A stretch of DNA of 64,000 nt from Camelus ferus (lineage: Eukaryota). Below the pieces are notes generated by a model. The model made no database searches and was not told the DNA's origin. It saw only the letters and a program-made list of their open reading frames with translations. Location: positions 100,814,001 through 100,878,000 of the forward strand of contig NC_045696.1 in NCBI RefSeq assembly GCF_009834535.1, written 5' to 3'. Every line of letters starts with the position of its first letter. Positions within the stretch are counted from its first letter, which is position 1. A program made the position numbers and the translations under genes. This document shows, piece by piece, positions 27,591-39,770 of the stretch.

Positions 27591-27698
27591 AAAGCTCATT
27601 GATACAAGGAACAGATCTGTGATTGCCAGAGGCAGGGGAAGGGAGGTGGGGGAAATGTATAAAGAGCTCTAAAATATAAAAAGATTTAAAAAAAAAAA
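27545..27698 (+). mobile_element. Short L1 3'UTR-like fragment with (GAAA)n head and A tail
   Basis: 'aagctcattgatacaaggaacagatctgtgattgccagaggcagggg' followed by an A run. Confidence 0.7.
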
Positions 27699-27699
27699 G

Positions 27700-28012
27700 G
27701 CCAAACCTCCTATAATTGGATAAATATACTGCTTGCCTTGTGACTTCAATCCCTCATGATTCTAGGAATGTATCACTCATTTATCCCCCTCAGTTTTTGT
27801 TCCTTGAGCTGTAAATCCTTTCTATGTACTCTCTACCTTTTTAAACTCTGTACATGATCCAAAGAGCAGTTTCAATTCCATCTCCTTAGGAATTCTGCTC
27901 TGCCTCACTTGAGTACTTATTTAACAATCTTTCCCCCAAATTCCCACAGCACTTCTAAAATGAGCCATAAACGAAAAGCAAAACAAAACTTGTTGAATGA
28001 ATGAATAAACGA
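27700..28012 (+). mobile_element. L2 3' remnant
   Basis: Pyrimidine-rich body ending 'ttgttgaatgaatgaataaa'. Confidence 0.45.
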
Positions 28013-28219
28013 AGATATTCTTCTCATCTCTCAGTGTACCCCCACAAAGAGTGTAATTTCTATATGATGTATGTGTGCGGAGCAGCCCACTTTCAAGGCT
28101 CAGAGGACCCCACATCTTGACCTATCACTCCTTTGATTAGCATAGGTACCATGAAGCTTGAGTCCCAGATTTAAAGTTCAAAAGGCAAATTGGCTTAGTA
28201 TAAAGAAAGTCTTTCTCAG

Positions 28220-28342
28220 AAAAAAGAAAGCAAGAAAGCAAGAAAGAAAAAGAAAGAAAGAAAGAAAGAACAAACGGAAGAAAGAAAGGAAGGAAGGAAG
28301 AAGGAAAGAAAAGAGGAAGGAAGGATGGAAGGATGGAAGGAA
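28220..28342. repeat. (GAAA)n/(GGAA)n purine-rich simple repeat
   Basis: Read directly from the sequence. Confidence 0.95.
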
Positions 28343-30474
28343 GTCTTCCTCTGCCCAACGCCTGGAGCATCATTTTAGTTCGCTAAAAGGCAACACATAA
28401 AGATCTCGTGAAGAATTTTTAAAGTACAGGATGAGATTAGAACCTAAGAGATTTAAAGGCAGATAGATAGACCCCTATCTGAAGGGACAGAGCAAGCAAA
28501 CCCTGTTAAGACTTGGATCTTTAACTGAGCAAATCCTTTGGACTCTGAGTCAGTGTGGGATAACCTGTGCAAGTGAAAGAGAGGATTTTACAGTCCATTA
28601 AGCTGAGTAGGGGACAGGGAGGAATTCTCACTCTAGTGGAGAAGCCAGATATACAATTTCAATAGAAGTAGTGTCCAATAGCAGATATTAGTCATTATGG
28701 GTAATGGGAGTGTAGAAGATGCCTAGAGTTTCCAAGTTTGAGAAGATTGTGTCACAAATATTTCTCTAGTGAAGAAACCATTTATCAACTTAGGGACAGT
28801 ACTTTTTTGCCGCCAACTTCACTCCAGAAATATTTTGTTGAATACACATGTAACTCAACTGAGAAGGTGAAAACTATTTGTGTGTATTTACAACACAGCA
28901 AGATAATAACTGGCCATGACTGTCACTTAAGTCATTTATTCTCCTTTAACTACATTCCAGGCTCTTTAAATGCATTTGAAGCCCAATGATTACATGAAAT
29001 AGTAAAATGGCAAGTGAACTTGTAGGGACGAATGTGTTTCCAATCCATCTTTGCCGTAGCCGGTAGCTGTCATTCTGACATTGAAACTAGGACTTGATAC
29101 CCATGACAGGCAAGATGCTTAAAGGGATGTTTTGCTAGAAGTATTGCAAAATGATGATTCAGGTGGTTTTAAAGGCTTATTATCATCCTCAAAATGAAGA
29201 CCATTTATCATTTCTGTACTGATTTAACCCTGAAAGCTAAAAAGAAATGTATGTCCCTTTCTTGCTTCCAATTTCCTCTCCTTATCTTTAGTAGCTACCT
29301 TCTTGATTCAATTCATCTTTTTGATGACTTGTAATTTGAATAGCTAAACAGTAAAACTCTGACTCATTTTCCTTGTAAAATATGTTGGTTTTAAATTTCA
29401 CATGTCTGAATGAGGCTGAATAGCCTTTGAAAAATGTGTTCTGGACTCAGGACATCATAGGATTACTGCAGTTATGAGATACTGCCACCCTGTAGTTCTG
29501 AAGCAAATGCTGTTAATTGCCATTGTACAGTACATTAATTGTACTTTAGTTTTGATCTGATATATCATTCAATAGGTTTAGGAAACTAGGATTGTAAAAT
29601 TATTTTTTTAAATTGATAGGATGGTTCTCATTTCTCTTCTCATCGCCTTCAACTGCATTAGAACAAAAAAGAAATAATATTACATGTAAGAAGAGAATTC
29701 CATACAAATAAAAGAGAATTACATGCAGAGAGATGATTACATCAATGATGGTAAGTAATTAAATAGATAGTCCAGTTATTCTAATGTCAGATCAAATGTA
29801 CAAACATAAGGTGGACAATAGAAAATGAAAAAGTGAACATCTGAATAACTGACTACAAAAATGCACCTTGTGTACACTCATTGCTTGACATCTAAATTTT
29901 ACTAAGATTCTGCATAGTTGTTTACATGCAAACTTTAACTGTAGGTTACGTATTGATTTACGATGCACACGGTGTACTAGAACAACCTTTCAAGCTACGT
30001 GACTGGATAATTCATTTGTTTCCTCCCCCAGGTTTGTGATCCAGGCTTAGAGGCTAGTCCCAGGTAGAGGGAAATTAGAAGACAGATGGTAGTAAATCTG
30101 ATGGCTACCCATTGCTGGGTATGATAGTTAAGACGTTAGCTGCAGAAAAAGAGAACTGCTGCTGCTACCCAACTCTGAGTGTTTGTCCTGATAATCCACC
30201 AAAACACATTGTGCCTTGTTGGTTGTGGCTACCAGTAGGGAATGGGATCCTGACCTTCAGGCTCCATGGTAGGATCCTACTTCCTATTGCCTGAGGCCAG
30301 ATTTCTCTAGGATTGCTGCTTCTCACCTACCACTATCACCCTGCTCAGCCCCTTCCTCTTTTGAACATGTGTAGGTCAACAGTTTGCCCCATGTTTCTCT
30401 TTTCTCCAAGAACAAATGATGCCTGGCTCTTCTCACATATGATAGCATTTCTTTTAGAGATAAAACCTTTTTTG

Positions 30475-31640
30475 TTGTTGTTGCTGTATTCTAACTTTTT
30501 ATCTTAAATTAGTTTAAGGCACAAGAAGTCAGAAAAATAGTACACAGTTCTTATGTACCTAGTATCTAACTTCCCCCAAAGACAATATCAAACATAGCCA
30601 TAGAACATTGTCACAACCAGGATACTGACTGTTAACTACTAACTTAGATATAGATCTTATTCAGATTTCACCAGTTTTTGCATGCACTTTTGATATTTAG
30701 TTCTATAAAAATGTATTGCATGTATAGATTTGAGTAACCATGACCACATTCAGAATACTGTTGTTCCATCACCACCAACAAGCTTCCTTAAGTAACTCCT
30801 TAATAGTCACAGCCTTTTCCAATCCAAAGCCCTTAAAAGCAATACTCTATTCTTCATCACTATTTTGTCACCTTGAGAGTTCCACATAAAAGGAATCATG
30901 CAATAAATAACCCACTGAGATCAATATATTTCATTCAGCATAATAATACCTTTGAATTCCACCCAAATTTTTGCTTATGTTAATAGTTTATCTCTTGTTA
31001 CTGAAAGATACTATTCCATGTTATGTATGTAAATATTACAGAAACTGACATACTGTTTTCCCAAGTTGTAGTATTATTCTGTCTTCCCATCAGCAACAAC
31101 ATATGGGAGAGCTATCTGCTCCACATCTTCACCAGCACTTGGTATTGTCAGTAATTTTTATTTTAGCTGTGCTGATATGTGTGTAGTAGTATGCCATTGG
31201 GATTTTAATTTGTATTTTCCTAATGGTTAATAATATTGAATACATTTTCATGTGCTTATTTGTCATCTATATATTTTCATTTGTGAAGAGGCTTTTCAAG
31301 TCTTTTGTTCTTTCTCTCATTGAATATGTTTGTTTTCTTAATATTGAACTTAGAGACTTTTTACTATGTTCTCGATAGAAGCATTTTGTTGGATGTTATT
31401 TTTTACAAATATTTTCTCTTAGTCTGTGGCTTGTTTTGCATCTGTGTCACTTGGTCACTTACAGAGAAGCAGATACTAATTTTGATGAAGTCCAATTTAT
31501 TTTTTTTCTTTTATGGACTATGTCTTTGGTGGTATGTCTAAGAATGCTTCTTCTAATATCAAGTCACAAACATTGTCTCCTATATGTTTTTCTAAAAGTT
31601 TTATAGTTTTATGTTTTATATTTAGACTTAGAACATTTTG
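30475..31640 (-). mobile_element. Old L1M (MC/MD-like) 3'UTR and ORF2 end
   Basis: 'ttcagatttcaccagtttt', 'accagcacttggtattgtcag', 'taattttgatgaagtccaatttat'. Confidence 0.8.
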
Positions 31641-32309
31641 AGTATTGCTGGTTCTTTGGAATTTTGATTAATTCTAAGTTTTTCTTTTAATATGTCACCA
31701 AGGAATGGAATTCCATAAAACAAAAATAAATGTAATTTGTATTCTGTTTTGCAAAACACTGTAAAATTCATATTCAAACTTGGTAATCTTGTTTTTATGT
31801 CTATAAACTGTGAGTCTAGAATTTATTTATTTTTGTTAAACCAGCAATCTTACAGATTATAGACTATTTACATAACTAAGTATGAATAATTTAAAATGTG
31901 TGGGTAAACATGTGTAACTGCATCTCAATATAAAATTACATTGCCTAACTTTGTGTATATGGTTTCTATGATAAAATAATTATAGATTTGCTTCTACAGA
32001 TTTAATTGCTTGTGTACTAAGAAAAGTTAAAAATTCAAAGAGAAACACTTAATGGTTTGCTTATCAACTGTGATTAAAATCTTAATTGACTTGGAATTTT
32101 CTTTGACTTTTAGTATCTTAAAAATTTATCATCCAACAGTACTAAATGAAATGGCTGAATGATTAACTATATCTTGTAACTTGTTAAGTTAATAAGCCAT
32201 ACATTCATTTATTTCTTCACTACCTGTATTTTAAAATTGGGTTTATATTCCTTAGCCTTTATTATTTAACTTAGCCTTTCAATAGCAAAGGATGAAGCAA
32301 TGAAAATTA

Positions 32310-32530
32310 AACTTACTGAGTGCTTCTGTGCCAGAAATGAAGCTCTCTCTAGCCCACTTCCCCATGCAGATCACAATCACATTTAATCCTCAAAACAACC
32401 TAAGACTTTGGACTCACTTTTCAAAAAGAAGCAATTAATTTCCAGAGAGATTAAGTAAATTGCTAAAGAGTATCAGTGGGTAGCATCATCAAGGTTTGAA
32501 AACAGTTCTGTGTAATTCTTGAAACCTCTG
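32310..32530 (-). mobile_element. MIR
   Basis: 'ttactgagtgcttctgtgccag...atttaatcctcaaaacaaccctaag...cagagagattaagtaaattgc'. Confidence 0.7.
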
Positions 32531-32739
32531 CTACTCACTTAAGATACTTAATATATCAGATCATTAAAAAAATCTAATTGAGATAATAGAGTGAAATGAT
32601 ATTATCTTTAATGTGCTATGAAATTTGAAGAAAGCACACATGAAAAATCATTTACTGCTGATGTTCTATTTCCTTTAGTTCATAAATTACTGACAACTAC
32701 ATTCAGTTGAGAACTTGTATTTTATTACATTAAAAAATA

Positions 32740-34170
32740 CATAACAGAAATATAAACATCACGATAAAAACGGTGAAAAATTTGAACAGGCACTTATAAA
32801 CAAAGGTATACAAATGTGCAGCAAGCACATGAAATATGTTTAACATCGTTAGAGAAATCAAAATTACGAGATGATGCTACTCTTTCTAGAAAAGTTTAAA
32901 TTAAAAAAAATTAACAAAATCAAGTGCTGGTGAGCTGCAGAATTGGACCTCTCATCTACTACTGAAGAGAACACTGACTTTGGCAACCACTTTGGAAAAT
33001 GGTTTGGCAGATTCTTTTTTTTTTGGTCAACTAATCTTCGACAAAGGAGGTAAGAATATACAATGGAATAAAGACAGTCTCTTCAGCAAATGGTGTTGGG
33101 AAAACTGGACAGCAGCATGTAAAACAATGAAGCTAGAACACTCCCTTACACCATACACAAAAATCAGCTTGAAATGGATCAAAGACTTAAACATAAGACA
33201 AGATACAGTAAACCTCCTAGAGGAAAATATAGGCAAAACATTATCTGACATACATCTCAAAAATGTTCTCCTAGAAGAAATAAAAGCAAGAATAAACAAA
33301 TGGGACCTAATGAAACTTACAAGCTTCTGCACAGCAAAGGAAACCATAAGTAAAACAAAAAGACAACCTACAGAATGGGAAAAAATTTTTGCAAATGAAA
33401 CCGACAAAGGCTTGACCTCCAGAATATATAAGCAGCTCATACGACTCAATAAGAAAAAAATAAGCAACCCAGTCCAAAAATGGGCAGAAGACCTAAACAA
33501 GCAATTCTCCAAGGAAGGACATATAAATGATCAATAGGCACATGAAAAAATGCTCAATATCACTAATTATCAGGAAATGCAAATCAAAACTACAATGGCA
33601 GATTCTTATAGAATTGACTCTATTCTGATTACATGAAATAGTAATTCTACTTCTGGGTTTTTATTAAAGAAAGATGAAAATACACATCCATATAAAAAGA
33701 TGTAGGTAGGTATTCATAACAGCTTTATTCATTATAATGCACTGGCAATTGTCCAAATGTCCAGCCAACTAGAGAGTAGATAAGCAAAGTGTGGCATAGT
33801 CATACAACAGACTAGTACTGACAATGAAAAGGAGCAAATTATCGACACATTTGACATGGATGAATTGCTAAAAACACTGCTATGCAGTGGAAGCCATGGG
33901 CAAAAGAGTACACACTCTATTGTTCAATTTATAAGAAACACTAGAAAAGACAAAAATCAACTGTAGTGTCAGAAAGCAGATCAATATTCGCCTAGAGCCA
34001 GAGTTGAGGAGGGGACTGACTGGATGGGGCTGTGTGGGAACTTGTAGCAATAGCCCATCACTCAATACTTTGTGATGATCATTACACATATGTGTGACTT
34101 TATCAGCATACATTAAACTATGTGCTAAAAATGAGTGCATTTTATTTTCTAAAAATTAATTCCCACAAAG
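32740..34170 (+). mobile_element. Old L1ME-like 3' portion, host of a young L1 insertion
   Basis: 'tttgaacaggcact...caaccactttggaaaatggtttggcag' resumes after 33607 and runs to 'gtgcattttatt'. Confidence 0.8.
33017..33595. mobile_element. Young L1 insertion: minus-strand poly(A) plus an inverted (+) internal ORF2 segment
   Basis: TSD TGGCAGATTCTT at 33005-33016 and 33596-33607, T run to 33024, then ORF2 peptide '[28 protein letters not shown]...[13 protein letters not shown]'. Confidence 0.93.
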
Positions 34171-34544
34171 TTTATTTAAAAATATGTCAACCAGATGAAA
34201 TTAAAAACAAAAACAAAAAACACTGCAGAGTAGTGCCAGTTACAATAGATGGAAGGGCAACAGGTAATGATATAAGCTTGAGGAGAAAAGGTGACAGTTA
34301 TGTCTACACTCAAGGCAGTGAAAGTAGAACAAAACACAGAAGAAAATGGATTTTTTTCTCTGTAGAGGTTACATCTGAGTTTTCCTCTAAAGATAAGAGT
34401 AGAAATAAGAATGGCATGAAAATAGTAAGTGGAAAATTGACATCTGCAGGGCTCAGAAATTGTAACCTTCACTGTAAATAATAGGGCTCCACTGATAAGA
34501 AATTGGAAGTAATTGAACTGGAGCAATAATAGAAAGAATCATAA

Positions 34545-34770
34545 AAAGAAAATGGGCACCCAGATCTGGGTTTTGCCATTTACTGTATGTGAGTCTTTGA
34601 AGAAATAACTACACTCTCTATGATTCAGTTTTCACAAATTAAATTAAAAAAGAAAAGAAATGTGAGGCTCTAAGATCATGCTATAGGATTATTGTAATGA
34701 TTAACTTAGGTATCGATGGCATTTCTGGCTTAGTGCCTGGAGCTTTTTGACTCTAAAAATATTGTCGAAT
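34545..34770 (+). mobile_element. MIR
   Basis: 'tctgggttttgccatttactgtatgtgagtctttg...ttcagttttc...ggcttagtgcctgg'. Confidence 0.65.
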
Positions 34771-35710
34771 ATAAGAAAAGCCTCATGTCACTAATGAGTA
34801 TTATAAATACAGTTTTAATAAATATTAAAGTTGTTAGATTACATTCACTATAAAAATGAAACAAAATAAAATTTTAAATGATATATTCTACAACAGTATT
34901 TTCTCAACCACACACTAATATTATGAGCATCTATGGAAAACATTCCAGAAAACATAAAATATGTTTGACAGTAAGCTTAATAATTATATATGTCAAAATA
35001 ACTTATGTAGTGAGGAATCATCTATTATTCCTATTACACATTATTAGAATGATGTGTTATATATTGCAGGCATGGAAATTAAACAAACAACAAAATTTTT
35101 ACAATGAAGATAAGGACAACTTATTTCTCCAAATGTTAATGTATTTTGGTATGACCCTAAGATTACACAGGTAAGAGGCACAAGCTAGGAAAAAAAGGTA
35201 ATAAAATAAATTTAAAATAAAAAAATTGGTAGAGAGGACAAAAATACTAAGAAAAAAATGAATGAAAAGTACAACCATCAAATAAATAGCAAAATAAGAA
35301 AATCAACAACATAAAAGGATTGTTGAAATAGCAAAATTGCAAAACAAAATGAGTATTTCTCACATGCAGATACTGATTTATGACACAACTTATCCCTCTG
35401 TTGAGAGATAGGAGAGGAAGGGAGGAAGAGAGAAAAAGAGAGAGAGAGAGAACAGGGGAAAATGAGATGTATAAATGCAACACTGACCAGACATCTGACC
35501 ACAGAGGATTGAAGTGTCTATTGTTCTACACAAATGCTACAAAAATAGAGTTAGATTCACAAGGAAGAAAAGAAAAAAGAACACTTTCATCAAAGACAAT
35601 GGCTATTAGGCAAGACTAAGAGTGATATGAAAAGATATCTCAGGAGAGGAGCAAGATACAGATGGAAAAAATAAAAGACTAGCAAACCAGTTTGTTTGAA
35701 ACAAGTTTTT

Positions 35711-35830
35711 CATAGGGGGAGGTAATTAGGTTTTTCTTTTATTTATCTTTTTAATGGAAGTACTGGGGAATGAACCCAGGACCCTTTGCATGCTAGGCAT
35801 GCACTTTACCACTGAGCTATACCCTCCCCC
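35711..35830 (-). mobile_element. Vic-1-like SINE
   Basis: Perfect 16-bp TSD TTTGAAACAAGTTTTT at 35695-35710 and 35831-35846, with a canonical TT/AAAA endonuclease site on the minus strand. Confidence 0.96.
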
Positions 35831-37489
35831 TTTGAAACAAGTTTTTAAGAGAACCTGAGTACTATTTCAAAAAAATTTTTGAATACAGATTTTTGAATAA
35901 CTTGGATGAAGACCTGCTGAGGAAATAAAGCTGTCAGACATAGGAGATGATGCACATAGTAAAAAATCAGTGACTTACAGCCGAAAGTGAGGGACCAGAA
36001 CACAAAGTCTCCTCCTAAGTATCATCTAAATCCATCAATATCCTTTGAAATGTTAGCAAATCAAGTCACATACAGTTATATACGGACCAATAGACTAAAA
36101 TACTGCCCTCGTGCCAGGCCCCTTTCTCACTTGAGTCACTGTTCTTTCCTACTACAAAGGAACTGAAATAGTTGCTGAGGGAGGTCTAGGGTAACTGAAC
36201 TGCTTGGTTGGCTTTGATGCTCAAAACACATTTGATTTTTTATATTCTCCCAACACTCTGCTTCCCCTTTAAAAGAAAGGATTAATAAAAGACTTTGTGA
36301 ACAACAAGCTTCCCAGAAGAGTGGGGAGAAGAAAGTAGGCTTTTATAATCCAGCTTACCTTGCTGTACACAATAAATATACTCAAACATTTAATGATTCG
36401 CTATATTTCTTACACATTTACTGATAAATTTCATTTGCAGTGAATAATACCTTCTATACACTATGAAGTCAGAAGTCTTTACTATTCACTTATGGTAAAT
36501 GCTACTTTTTTCAAATATATCTTCTTTATAGATCTGAATTTTCATATATTTTACTAGATTTTCAAGAGTGGACTATATCTGTCAGTTGTGAAATACTATG
36601 CTAAATCAACAATTGTAAAAAAACTTCCTTGACCAAGAATAATAAAAATTCTTATTGTGGATTTAATCAATTTGAGAGGTATGGGATTTCCCTAAAACTT
36701 CTGTCTTTGAATGAAGGCTTTCCCCTGGGTTCCTCATCCTGAAGCCTTGTTCCCTGCATCATCCTGGCAGGTGAGCAGTCATAGAATCTAAAGAACTAAA
36801 GAGACCATCCCCAGTGGTCTCTAGAGCAGATGCCAGTTACCAGGCTGACACAACTGGGTAAAGGGGAACTCTGTGAGGCATTTCTATGTTATTATCTAGA
36901 GAGTTGTATCTCATTATTTTCAGAACTGTATGGGTGCAACCAGATAAACGTAACCACTTCCTTATTGCTGTGCAATCATATTCTCTACCAAATATCGCTT
37001 ATTTCAAATGATGCTTCAGAAACATGGTTGTACATGATTCTTTGTGCTCATTTGTATGTCTCTAGAATATTTATTTTAAATGTAGAAGTATTTTTAATCT
37101 CCAGAAAATATATTCTTTACAGCAGCAACAGGAAAATAACACAGACACACTAAAATAGGTATGTAAACAAATACTTAATGTCAGTAGGTGTATGCTTAAG
37201 GAAGAGAAAATCGTAAGGTTATAGAGTGGGGTTATCCAATGGTAGCCATTAGCCATGTCCTCTGTACTCAAGCGGAAAAAAAGAGGGTTTTTGTAGACAA
37301 CTGGCCTCTCTCAGCACAGTAATACTGCTAAAGATAATTGTTCAGAAGGACAATATGATCAAAAAGGATTCAAGGCAAAAAATATAGAATGAAATAAAAG
37401 TGATATGAATTTCAATAAAATGTATGCTCCATTCAAGAGATGAAAATGATTCAAACACTGGAGAACTTAATAACCTGATTTCCTTTAGA

Positions 37490-37790
37490 TACAAAACCAC
37501 AAAACTATACATAAAAGGCTGACAAATTCAATATACTTGTCTGATAAAAAATGTCACAAACAAAAACAATAAGTGACAGACCGGGAGAAAATATTTGCAA
37601 CATATGCTGCATTTAAAAGATCTTATCCACAATATGTCAATGTTCTTATAAATGGAAAATGAAACAAAACTAAAGGAAACAAAAATAGAGAAGCAAAGAA
37701 GAAAATATTTGCAGATAAACAGAAATTTTATTAAAGAATAACAATTTACCAATAAATGTATGAAAAGTTGGTTAAATCCAACTTTAATTC
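37490..37790 (+). mobile_element. Old L1ME-like ORF2 fragment
   Basis: 'aagtgacagaccgggagaaaatatttgcaacatat...ccaataaatgtatgaaaag'. Confidence 0.6.
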
Positions 37791-39624
37791 TACATCTAAA
37801 ACTAATCCTTAAACCTAATTGTATAATTAGTCTAGGTTGAGAGAGAAGGCAATTTGTACTGTATCTTAAAGTAAATTACTAGTGTCTTGATTGAGACAGA
37901 ATATGGGGTATAGAATAAGAGAAGCTAACATCATTTTCTGAGAATTTTTATTACTTGGAATCTGTGAAGAGTTAGAAGATAAAATTAAGCTAAATTGCTA
38001 CTTTATAGCTCTTATCTTTAGGATTAAACAGAAAGATGAAGCTCAAATTTATCAAACCTCTAGGGGATAAGTCTTAAAGATTGGTAATATTTCCTTTGTA
38101 TTTTTCCCTTTTTTATAGAAAGGATATACTAGATATATATTTGAAAGTGGTATTATAAGCCACATTTAAAATTTATGAATTGATATTTTCATTGTAGAAT
38201 ATTTCTATTGACAATGTAAACTATTCTACTTAGCACTGTTGAATTACTTTTACCTTGAATTCCATTTTCTTTGACATTATACTGCTGGAATCTGAGAACA
38301 CAAGAATATCTTTTCCTCGCTGAGATTTTAAGAGTTACGAAATTAATGTTCTTTCAAAAAATATGTGTGACTATTCTCTTAAAGTTCTGGATAATAAACT
38401 AGGCTGATTCCTTTAGCTATGTCAGAATTCTTCTGCATAATATTTTCTAGAAGATTTTGTTCTTAATACAGATGTGTATGTTATTCAAAGTAGTTTATAT
38501 CACTGAATATTTTCATAAGCATATGACCTACCCTTTGCTATTGGAAACAAAGAAGAAAAGAACTAAAAACTGAAAACATATATATGTTAAAAGCTTAATT
38601 CGTAGTTAAAGAATCTGAGTATATAGTGCCTAATTTCCAAATGTGTGATAATTTGACCTTTTAAGAATGTTGAATTCACTTTGCCTTAATTTAGAGTCTT
38701 AAATTTTTCATTTCATAAGATTAGATGTCTTCCTTAAAGGTGGAGCCAATTGTGATATCATGGCATGACAGATTTTCATTCTTGTTTTAACAATAGTCAT
38801 CTTTTTTATTAATAACTCCTAATCCATTCACTTTTTGACCTCTCACGTGGTCTTTGGGGAGTGCTGCTATCTTGTCATCTGTCTAAACTGTCACTGGCAC
38901 TGTGTGGCTGCATGTCCAATCTCATCTCAGAAATGTACCCTCTCTCTTATCCTCAGTGGCCCCTTTACTTTAACTTGTTAACTTGTTTTCTTTTCTGAAG
39001 ATGGGCCCTGGGTCTGATGTTAACAATTATTTTGCCACAGTCACTTCTGTATCATTTTTCCTTATCAGTGCTGTAGAACTGATCAATGTCCCAGTCCCCA
39101 TATCCCAAGACTAATTATCTTACAGTAATCTAAATTGAATTACGTTTGCTATCTCCTAGTACAACTTACTAAAGAAAAATATTGTGAAAACTTCACTATT
39201 ACTAGCGGATATAACATTGAAAGTAGGAGAAAAAAAACAAATTTCTTAAAATTGAATTTAAAATGTAGTATGGGACAATTATACAGGCTCATATCACTAA
39301 AAAAGTTTCTGTGTAAGGAGCATTTTTGTATCTCATGATTCTTTTCATCTGTGAGGTAACCTTCAATACTAGGCACTATACACTATCACCCTTATTTCGC
39401 ATAAAGCTTTTTTGGAGCTATTTATATTGTCTATCTATAGGTAGACACCTCTCAGAATAGCATGATGCAAATATATATTGGAAAAACAACCAATCTCCGT
39501 TTGACCCTAAGCTTTTCATAAGATTCATGTGTCCTCATATGCTCTATTCCATTGATTTAACTTTCATACTCTATGTCAATATGTATCAATGTGTGACTTA
39601 TCGAGTGTTTATAAAGAATTACTT

Positions 39625-39770
39625 GAGGAGTTTTCCAAATTCAGCTGTCTGATTTTAACATCTGTCCACGTCTCAATGATTCTGATTCAGTAGGTCTAGA
39701 GTAGGGCTTGAGGATATGCATTTTAAAACGTCTCAGAGTATTAGGTACATTGACATTTGAGGGCTGTTGA
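39625..39770. mobile_element. MER5-like (hAT-Charlie) remnant
   Basis: 'gattctgattcagtaggtctagagtagggcttgaggatatgcatttt'. Confidence 0.75.

Noticed and set aside
28137..28400. K/E/R-rich or F/L/S-rich ORFs, and similar ones at 8597-8846, 46082-46462 and 54182-54460
   Set aside because: They are translations of simple repeats.
33027..33512. Hydrophobic antisense ORFs (also 11400-11791)
   Set aside because: These are the usual open antisense frames of A-rich L1 ORF2.
32980..33537. Longest ORF (185 aa) as a host gene
   Set aside because: It is a chimera of old L1 sequence, TSD, the T run and young L1 ORF2, and it ends in a frameshift.
35070..35170. Possible + strand exon (ttgcag|...CAG|gtaaga) with one open frame
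   Set aside because: Weak pyrimidine tract, unrecognisable peptide and no compatible partner exons found.
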